From contig NZ_DASYMN010000102.1 of NCBI RefSeq assembly GCF_036009065.1, positions 3,202 to 67,201 of the forward strand: a stretch of 64,000 nt of DNA, written 5' to 3'. Below, one piece after another: positions 39,259 through 46,768 of this stretch. Every line of letters starts with the position of its first letter. Positions within the stretch are counted from its first letter, which is position 1. Source of the stretch: Bradyrhizobium sp. Its GTDB lineage: Bacteria > Pseudomonadota > Alphaproteobacteria > Rhizobiales > Xanthobacteraceae. The position numbers and the translations under genes are program-made. The notes beneath the pieces were generated by a model. It was not told where the DNA came from and ran no database searches. It saw only the letters and a program-made list of their open reading frames with translations.

Positions 39259-40689
39259 CTACGTGCGTGGAGAATCCGCCACGGCCACGACGATTCTTCG
39301 ATCCCAAAGCCACTGCAGCATGTTCCGGCCGAGATCGGGCGACATGCGGTCAGACCAGGCCTGCACGATGGAACCGGCGGTCTCGTCAGAGCGTATCTGC
39401 CGCAACAACGGGACCAGTTCGACTTCGCTCAGAAAGGCGACGGGACGATCCAGCGCCGCATGACAGAGCGCCGGCGTGGACGCGATCATGTCGCCCTGCA
39501 TGACCGGCATCGACTCGATCCGCGATAGCTTCGAAAGCTCGATCCTGCACGCCGGTTCTAGCCGTCTCGTTTCCAGCGGCGGCGGAGCGATATCGCGCAC
39601 GGCGGCAGCGGCGCGCTGCTGCCAGAACGGCCCCCCGGTTACGGCGGCGCGCTCCTGATAGAAGGCCGCCGCGCTGGCGGTGTGCTGTGAAACCTTTTCG
39701 GTTTGACGGTCCTTGTAGAATGTGATCGCGTCTGCCGCATGCGCCGGATGTTTTGCCAGCGTGTTGATGACCACGGCCGCCTGCAGTCCCGAGACCACGG
39801 CGCTTTGAATGCCCTGCGCAGACAACGGGTCAAGGGTCAGATTGGCGTCGCCGACCCGCACAAAATCCGGCCCGGCGGCGTGCTCGGCATGCCGGCTCGA
39901 TGCGTCGCACGCGGCGACCTCTCCCGCGATGCGGCCGGCCTCGTCCTCGCGAAACAATCTGAACCGGCGGAGGAGGTCGAAGTAAATGCCTTCGATGTTC
40001 GTCCGCGACCTGCCCGACAGGAGCTTCGGATCGATGAATACGGCGGCGACCGACTTGCCGCTGCCGAGCGGCGCGTACCAGAGCCACATATTGTCACCGG
40101 CCTCCACGCATCCCTCGACCTGCTTGCGGTCCGGCGCGTGCCAGTGCGCGAACAGGCTGAGCAATGGAGCGGAGCTTCGGATTCGCCGGCCGGGCAGCAA
40201 TGCCCGGCTTCCGGCGGCATCGACGAGGAACGTCGCCACGATCTCCTTTCGGCTTCCGTCATGCCGAACCGGGATTTGCCAGCCGCCGCCGTGCAGCCGC
40301 TGGGGGCTCATCGCATGCGCAGGCCGCAGCACCATGACGCCGCCGGCTTCGGCGTTGCGCAGCAGGATGTCATCGAACCGGCAGCGGTCCACATGGAAGC
40401 CGGGAAGCCCGGGCAACGACCGAACAGAAGGCCGCGCGTCCGCCCACCACACCACGATTCGTTCGGGACGCAGGAAGCCGGCACGCTCCAGGCGATCGCG
40501 GACCCCGATGACCTCAAGCAACGGCAGGATGCTGGACGGGAGTGATGCGCCGCTGCGCGCTTCAGGTACCGCATCGCGCTCAAGCAGACAGACCCGATAG
40601 CCGAACGAGGCGAGCCGGCAGGCGGCGGTTGAGCCGGCAGGGCCGCCGCCGATCACGCAAATGTCCGCCGTGATCCTTGCGATTTCCAT
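39259..40689 (-). CDS. FAD-dependent oxidoreductase, LodB/GoxB/QhpG-like, with C-terminal extra domain
   Basis: IGGGPAG, VDRCRFD, FLVDAAG, GDANLTLDPLSAQGI; in an operon with a LodA-like gene. Confidence 0.82.
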   Translation of the reverse strand: MEIARITADICVIGGGPAGSTAACRLASFGYRVCLLERDAVPEARSGASLPSSILPLLEVIGVRDRLERAGFLRPERIVVWWADARPSVRSLPGLPGFHVDRCRFDDILLRNAEAGGVMVLRPAHAMSPQRLHGGGWQIPVRHDGSRKEIVATFLVDAAGSRALLPGRRIRSSAPLLSLFAHWHAPDRKQVEGCVEAGDNMWLWYAPLGSGKSVAAVFIDPKLLSGRSRTNIEGIYFDLLRRFRLFREDEAGRIAGEVAACDASSRHAEHAAGPDFVRVGDANLTLDPLSAQGIQSAVVSGLQAAVVINTLAKHPAHAADAITFYKDRQTEKVSQHTASAAAFYQERAAVTGGPFWQQRAAAAVRDIAPPPLETRRLEPACRIELSKLSRIESMPVMQGDMIASTPALCHAALDRPVAFLSEVELVPLLRQIRSDETAGSIVQAWSDRMSPDLGRNMLQWLWDRRIVVAVADSPRT

Positions 40690-40696
40690 CTGGCAA

Positions 40697-42079
40697 TTAA
40701 GGGTGCGCCTGCGAATTCAGGACCTGGTGAAGCAGCGGAGGCTTCGCTTCCATCAGTCGCGCGTACACGCCGAGACAATAGTGCAGCCAGCCGCGAATGT
40801 AGTCGCAGGCGGGACGGCCACGATGAATGACCTCGTGATGGCAACCGCCACCGCACTGATGGCGCGCCCAACAGGTTCGGCAGGGCTCCTGCCTCTGCAC
40901 GTTCCGGTCCGATAGCCAGCGCTGCTGCTTTTCGCCGTCCACGCCATCGCTGACGTTGCCCATCGCGCCGAGATCGTCGTCGACGAAGCGATGACAGGCG
41001 AACAAGTCTCCCTTGGAGGAAACGCCGAGATAGCCCCCACCCGCGCCGCACGGATAGGCGTCGCGGTTTGGCTTGTGGATGCGGCGGAGCGTGTTGATGA
41101 TATTCAGGAATGGATAGATTTCGTTGTTCATCAGACGCTGCTCGAACGTCTCAGCGCATGCGATCATGCGCGCGAGCATGGCGTCGAACTCGCCCCTGCC
41201 CATCTGGTCGGAACCCGCCGGGGATTTCAGCACCGGCGAGAAGGACACGCCGTCGAAACCAAGGCGCGCGAGTTCGTCCAGCGTTTCCGGCAGGCCGAGG
41301 TTTCGCGGGGTGACGCTCACGCGCGCGATGACCTGCGAGCGGCGATGTGGGCGCAACAGCAGCAGTTTCGACCGTTCGATAATGCGGTCATAGCTGCCCC
41401 GGCCGGACTTGAACGGCCGCAGCGCATCATGGGCCGCGCCGACCCCATCGATGCTGACCGTCACGGTGAACCCGTGGCGGTCGAAGAACGCCGCATCGTC
41501 GGCCGTCAGCAGCGTCGCATTGGTGGTCAGCGCAAACGCGACGTTGATACCCAACGATGCCGCCCTGTCGGCGGCATAGCGCGTTGCTTCCTGCAAGACC
41601 GTCCGGTTGACCAACGGTTCACCGCCCAGATACGCAATCGTGATATTTTCGCCGGGCTCCGCGTCCGCCAGCAGCCGGTCGACGGACGCCTTCGCGACCT
41701 CAATCGGCATGCTGCTGTCGGCGCCGCCGAAATTGCCCTGCTGCGCGTAGCAATAGGTGCAGCCGAGATTGCACTTCTGCGCCACCGCGAGCGACAGCGC
41801 GCGGACCGGGACCGACACAGGCGCCTGCTCGGGAGCCCTCGTCTCGCCAAGTCCGGCGGCCGACATGATGAAGCCGACCCGCTCCGCGTCGCCATACTGC
41901 ATGGCTCGATCGAGCACTTCGGCCATCGCGTCATCGATCTCATGGATAAGTCCGTCGTCGATCGACAACAGCATGGTGCGCGCGTCCGCGCCGAACAGAT
42001 GTGCGTTCGGAACTCGGGGAGCGCTCGCGTAACGGGCGCGGCGGTCCGGTGCCGGCAAGTCAACGCCGATTGCTTCCAT
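40697..42079 (-). CDS. Radical SAM/SPASM domain protein (QhpD/thioether-maturase-like)
   Basis: CNLGCTYC, GGEPL, TTNATLL; SPASM CGAG..GDLFACHRF and CRTCWARHQCGGGC..C; N-terminal RRE-like region. Confidence 0.9.
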   Translation of the reverse strand: MEAIGVDLPAPDRRARYASAPRVPNAHLFGADARTMLLSIDDGLIHEIDDAMAEVLDRAMQYGDAERVGFIMSAAGLGETRAPEQAPVSVPVRALSLAVAQKCNLGCTYCYAQQGNFGGADSSMPIEVAKASVDRLLADAEPGENITIAYLGGEPLVNRTVLQEATRYAADRAASLGINVAFALTTNATLLTADDAAFFDRHGFTVTVSIDGVGAAHDALRPFKSGRGSYDRIIERSKLLLLRPHRRSQVIARVSVTPRNLGLPETLDELARLGFDGVSFSPVLKSPAGSDQMGRGEFDAMLARMIACAETFEQRLMNNEIYPFLNIINTLRRIHKPNRDAYPCGAGGGYLGVSSKGDLFACHRFVDDDLGAMGNVSDGVDGEKQQRWLSDRNVQRQEPCRTCWARHQCGGGCHHEVIHRGRPACDYIRGWLHYCLGVYARLMEAKPPLLHQVLNSQAHP

Positions 42080-42109
42080 TGCGACCCACCGTGGTTCGAG
42101 CGCGTTACC

Positions 42110-43321
42110 CTAGGCTATCAAGTCCTCGATGTCGTCGCCGGGCCCGCGTTCGGTTTCTACCTTCTTGCCAGACACCACCCGCATCACGCCGATCTTGTCC
42201 ACATGGCGGTCCATCCCATTCGGATCGAATTCCAGCGTTGGTCCATTGTCTGACGTGTCCGCATACTGTTTTCGGAAGAACTGGACCAACGTAGACGTCT
42301 CCTCATCAAGGTATGCCTCTTGCGGAAGGTGCTGCGCCCAGTAACCGACACATGCAGCGAAGTCGCCCTGCCACGGCGAGCACAGCCCGCTCGTCAGTTG
42401 CCCCGGCACCGCGCCGGGCCCGGTGTCGGTCAGTGACGCCTTGTATCGAACACGCGCTTCCCGGGGATCGACTTTCGGATCCTGGCTGCTCAGATAGAAG
42501 ACGCTCTTGATATCGATTACTTCCGTTCCCGGACCCGCGGAACCGAATGATGTCTCCATGCCCGGTTGAAATCTTCGCGTTGTCGATTCAAGCGCTCCCT
42601 CGTCCAAGGCTCTCGCGGCCTGGTTGTGAAGATTGCCGGGCGGGAGATTGTCGGGAATTTGAAGTCTTTCCTGGAAAAATTCGATCAGGCTTTCAGGTTC
42701 ATTCGTATCGGGTGAGAAGTCCTGCGGAGCAACCACGATGCAGGCTGGCAGCACGTCCGGCGTCTGGCCGCCGCCGGTCAGTTTCACGGTGACCGATCCA
42801 TCGCTGGCGTTGTCGGTAATTTCCTCGGAATACATACCGGGAATTTCCTGGCCCTTGGTCTTGCGCACCGCTCGCGCTATCGGCGGAATGAACAGGCCGT
42901 CCGAGGTGATCTGTCCCATAGCGACATCTTTTCCTTCATCGAATCCCGGCAGAGAGCCGACCAGCATTCCACCACTCGCGTCATCGGAGGAGGCCTGTGC
43001 CGAGATTACGAAGTCGGTGCTGCTTAAGGGGATGTCTTTCCGATTGGCGATCTTGCGATTGGCGACCCTCGCCGACCACACCGCCTGAATTTTCAGGGCG
43101 CCCATCAATTTCGGGGTGAGTTCGCCCAGCCCGGCGTGATTTTCCCCATAGGCGTAAATCCTGAACTGCACGGCTTGCCGCTTGATCAGACCATTGGATT
43201 TGTAGGTGCCCGGATCTTTGCCAAAAACGTAATGATCATCATTGCGCGACAGCCGTGCAATTCCGATTGCGGGATGAATCTTGAAGACGACAACATTGCT
43301 CAGGTCATACGGAAATGCCAT
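42110..43321 (-). CDS. LodA/GoxA-like CTQ-dependent oxidase, unusually short (403 aa)
   Basis: KIHPAIGIAR, IKRQAVQFRIY, W..RVANRK, D..SDGSV, PG.E, PGQLT..LCSPWQGDF..C...W; GAGGAG SD. Confidence 0.8.
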   Translation of the reverse strand: MAFPYDLSNVVVFKIHPAIGIARLSRNDDHYVFGKDPGTYKSNGLIKRQAVQFRIYAYGENHAGLGELTPKLMGALKIQAVWSARVANRKIANRKDIPLSSTDFVISAQASSDDASGGMLVGSLPGFDEGKDVAMGQITSDGLFIPPIARAVRKTKGQEIPGMYSEEITDNASDGSVTVKLTGGGQTPDVLPACIVVAPQDFSPDTNEPESLIEFFQERLQIPDNLPPGNLHNQAARALDEGALESTTRRFQPGMETSFGSAGPGTEVIDIKSVFYLSSQDPKVDPREARVRYKASLTDTGPGAVPGQLTSGLCSPWQGDFAACVGYWAQHLPQEAYLDEETSTLVQFFRKQYADTSDNGPTLEFDPNGMDRHVDKIGVMRVVSGKKVETERGPGDDIEDLIA

Positions 43322-43378
43322 GTTTGTTTTCTCCTCATCAGCTCTCGCGGCCGAAGCCGCAGGTACGCACCTTCTCCG

Positions 43379-44389
43379 CTATGGAACATACTCGAACGGT
43401 AACCCCAGCTGTTTTCCGGTGTGGGAGTCCGGCGTCGACACCACGCTCTCAGCGAGTTCTCGAAGGGACGACATGGCGCCGACCGCGCCGGTAATCCCTC
43501 CCGGCGAACCGTCGAAAACATTCTGCAACCCGCGAAGCATGTTCGAGTACGCTTTGTTGAATCCATCCACTTTCGTCCGTTCTGCCGAGCCCACCGGATA
43601 GTCTGCCGCCTTCGGGTTATCGGGAATGTCCCAGACGCCTGTCGGATCGAAAATCAGCGGATTGCCTGTATATGAGTACCCGTTTTGCGCGGCCGGATTT
43701 ACGACCAACTCCGCGCCACGATAAATCCCCTCGAACAGGTAAAAGTGAGCGAACTTGCCGTCCACATCGAGCGGAGTTAAAGTTGTTCCCTCTCCATCCT
43801 CGACGACGCGTTTGAGAGCCTTTACGGCCGTTGCTGCATCGGTGATTGCGTAAAGCTGATCCGAAGGAAACGAGTCTTCGTCGACGACCTGACGGCCCGG
43901 GTCTCCGGTGAAGATGGCGTCGCCGAGCTGGTCGATCTTCTCGATAATCGACCGGTAGAATTCTCCGATCGTCGCGAACGAGGCGCTAAAGGGAATAATC
44001 GTTTCGGGTGCTTCGATCTTCATGAAGACATCGTGAACGAGTTCCACGGAAAACTTCTTGAGACCGACCTGCAAGCTGCCTCCTATGTTCATCGGCAGCG
44101 GCCCCGGGTAGACAGGCGCGGCCTTCGGATCGGCAATGAGAGGGCGGCCATCAACCGCATTGAGAACGTTCGCAACGATCGTCATGTGCAGCATCTCTTC
44201 CTTGGCTACCTTAAAGATTGTTCTTTTGATTTCTTTATTGGTGCCCGGCATGATGCTGTACACAGCTGTCAAATAAGGCGGGATCGTTGACAGTTCGAGT
44301 TCAATGGCTTTTTGCAGCGGTTCATGCAGATCGGCGCCGCTCTTGGCGTTGCGCGCAGCTGCTACATAGACGGGATCGATGCGAAGCAT
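43379..44389 (-). CDS. Ferritin-like domain protein (VioB/RebD C-terminal-like)
   Basis: LQKAIELELSTIPPYL, EEMLHM..VANVLNA, TIGEFY, EDGEG, AHFYLF; start could be 44404 or 44425. Confidence 0.82.
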   Translation of the reverse strand: MLRIDPVYVAAARNAKSGADLHEPLQKAIELELSTIPPYLTAVYSIMPGTNKEIKRTIFKVAKEEMLHMTIVANVLNAVDGRPLIADPKAAPVYPGPLPMNIGGSLQVGLKKFSVELVHDVFMKIEAPETIIPFSASFATIGEFYRSIIEKIDQLGDAIFTGDPGRQVVDEDSFPSDQLYAITDAATAVKALKRVVEDGEGTTLTPLDVDGKFAHFYLFEGIYRGAELVVNPAAQNGYSYTGNPLIFDPTGVWDIPDNPKAADYPVGSAERTKVDGFNKAYSNMLRGLQNVFDGSPGGITGAVGAMSSLRELAESVVSTPDSHTGKQLGLPFEYVP

Positions 44390-44882
44390 GATTGCCGTGC
44401 CCATGGCTGGAGGACCGCTCGGCACATATCCACGAGCTATCGCTCGCGATAGGCGGCCCCTCGCGTTTCGGAACGTGGTCTGAGGTCTGCAACTATATTT
44501 TTATGGTGACGATTATAACTTGGCTGTAATTTCTTGCTTTTGAGAATTACCGGAAGGTTCACATAAATCTGCTTTCTCGTCAACCGCAACGCGAACAATA
44601 GCGTTAGCTCTCGTGGTCGAGTCCCGGCCTGAGCGCCCATCCGTCAGTTGTGAATGTATCTAAACTTTCTCAGCACTTTGTGCGCTTGGATCCGAGATCG
44701 ACCGCTTCGTATCTCACTCGCGTTCGCGGGTGCGTACAAATGCCACATCTGAGCACGGGTGCGGCTCGATGCCGACGTCAGCAGCAAACGGGTGGCCACG
44801 CGAAGCGATGCAGTAGCGACGAACCCGCCACCAAGATTGCCGGCCTCCACGTGCGGCGGGCTGTTCATCGCACCGCGCTGCC

Positions 44883-45839
44883 TCACCCCCTCACCGGCGG
44901 CGTGCCGTGCGTATGAAACGACTCGATCGTCTTCAGCCCCCACGCCTGCCCCTTCTTGCGCTCTTCCTCGGTCCAGACGATCGGCTTCCAGTCCGGCGCC
45001 AGGATGAGACGGGCGCCGGCATTGGCGACTTCGACGCGGTTGCCGCCGGGTTCGTAGACGTAGAGGAAGAAGGTCTGCTGGATAGCGTGCTTGTGCGGGC
45101 CGGTCTCGATGTAGACGCCGTTTTCCAGAAAAATGTCGGCGGCGCGCAGGATGTCCTCGCGGCTGTCGAGGGCGTAGGTGACGTGATGGAAACGGCCCGG
45201 CGTTTTGAAGTGATCGCGTGAGTAGGCGAAGTCGTAGCTCTTGTTCGACATCGTCATCCACATTGCGGCTTCCGTGCCGTCGTCGAGCACGATCTGCTCG
45301 GTCAGGCGGCAGCCGAGATAATTCTGGAAGAAGATGCGGTTGGCCTTGATGTCCACGGCGAGGCAATTGAGGTGATCGAGGCGGCGGACGTTGACGCCGC
45401 GCGCAGGAAAACGCTGCGCCTGGTTTTTCAGCGCGGGTTTTAGGTCAGGCGGCGCCTCGTACCATTCGGTCTCATAATACAGCTCGATGATATGGCCGTC
45501 CGGGTCGCGGCAACGGAACGCCGGACCATGGCCGATGTCGCCGTCGGTCCAGCCGATCTCGAACTCCGAGCCTTTGAGCGCCGCGACGCGGCGTTGCAGC
45601 GCCTGCGGACTGCGCGCACGCAGCGCCATGTGCTCCATGCCTGATGTGTTGGACGCGGTCAGCTTGAGCGAATAGCGCTCGTAGTCGTCCCAGCCACGCA
45701 GATAGATCGAGTCTCCCTTGCGGCCGCTGATGGTCATGCCCATCACGTCGACGAAGAATTTGAGGCTCTCGTCCGGTTTCGGCGTCAGCAGCTCCATGTG
45801 GCCGAGATGGGCGAGATCGAAAATCGGCTCCGGCTTCAT
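44883..45839 (-). CDS. Catechol 2,3-dioxygenase (extradiol, VOC superfamily)
   Basis: AHLGHMEL, RLDHLN, FHHVTY, GPHKHAI, YVYEPGGNRVE metal/catalytic motifs. Confidence 0.9.
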   Translation of the reverse strand: MKPEPIFDLAHLGHMELLTPKPDESLKFFVDVMGMTISGRKGDSIYLRGWDDYERYSLKLTASNTSGMEHMALRARSPQALQRRVAALKGSEFEIGWTDGDIGHGPAFRCRDPDGHIIELYYETEWYEAPPDLKPALKNQAQRFPARGVNVRRLDHLNCLAVDIKANRIFFQNYLGCRLTEQIVLDDGTEAAMWMTMSNKSYDFAYSRDHFKTPGRFHHVTYALDSREDILRAADIFLENGVYIETGPHKHAIQQTFFLYVYEPGGNRVEVANAGARLILAPDWKPIVWTEEERKKGQAWGLKTIESFHTHGTPPVRG

Positions 45840-45855
45840 CCGTCCCCCCCTTAAG

Positions 45856-46746
45856 CTACCGCAGCGTCGGCGTCAGATCGCCGAACAATTCGTCTACCGC
45901 CAATTCGCGGGGAATGAGTCCCTGCTGCGCGGTATAGCGAATGATCATCTCCAGCGAGCGGCGCATTTCTTCAACGCTGAACCGCGGCGACGCAGCGGGC
46001 GCACGGGCCGCGCTTTGTTGCAGCAGCCGGAACACCTCCTGCACCACATCCGGATGGCTAGTCGAAAGCGCCTCGCTGACCACCACCATATGGTTGATCG
46101 GCATCACCTGATGCTTTGCAAACCATGATTTTTCTTCCCTCGCCACATCTGGAAACAGCGGCTTCAGATCCGGATGTTCCAATTTCTCGCCGAGCACCGC
46201 GTCGAGTTCGCCCTCCACCAGCATCTGGACGATCTGTTTACCCGGTGGCGCGCGCACCGTAGTGTCACGAAATTCGGCGACATGGGCGTCCTCGAACGTG
46301 ACCCAGTCGATCGAGTCCAGATCGACGCCATGATCATTGGCAAGGATTCCGCGCAGCCACGCGCCAGTCGTGGTCGTGAACGAGCGGATGCCGATGCGCT
46401 TGTTGTTGAGGTCGGCAGGCATCAGAGTTCCCGATTTCGCATTGTAGAGCGCGAACGCATGCTGAAACCGCGCCATCACCACGCTCGGCAGCAGCACCAT
46501 CGGCTTGCCAAAACTCTTCGCCATCAGATAGGTGACGATCGCCATCTCCGCGACATCGAAGGCCTGCTCGCGGACCATCGGCTTAAAACCCTTGTAGGTC
46601 GGTGAATAATCCGCGAAATCCAGCGTTACGGAATCCGACTTGATCGATCCGTTCTTCAGCGCGGCGGTGCCGGGATGATCGCCAAGCAATGTCCTTAGCC
46701 GCATCGGCACCTGCGGCGTGAAATTGCGCAAAGCGGTCTTTGACAT
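45856..46746 (-). CDS. 4,5-dihydroxyphthalate decarboxylase-like protein (periplasmic-binding-protein fold)
   Basis: FDVAEMAIVTYL, GIRSFTTTTGAWLRGIL, PINHMVVV. Confidence 0.75.
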   Translation of the reverse strand: MSKTALRNFTPQVPMRLRTLLGDHPGTAALKNGSIKSDSVTLDFADYSPTYKGFKPMVREQAFDVAEMAIVTYLMAKSFGKPMVLLPSVVMARFQHAFALYNAKSGTLMPADLNNKRIGIRSFTTTTGAWLRGILANDHGVDLDSIDWVTFEDAHVAEFRDTTVRAPPGKQIVQMLVEGELDAVLGEKLEHPDLKPLFPDVAREEKSWFAKHQVMPINHMVVVSEALSTSHPDVVQEVFRLLQQSAARAPAASPRFSVEEMRRSLEMIIRYTAQQGLIPRELAVDELFGDLTPTLR

Positions 46747-46768
46747 GGCATTCCCTTCTTGCAGGACG

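Noticed and set aside
44437-44640. 67-aa ORF upstream of the ferritin-like gene as a RiPP precursor for the radical SAM enzyme
   Set aside because: No Cys or Trp, no leader/core pattern and no clear SD.
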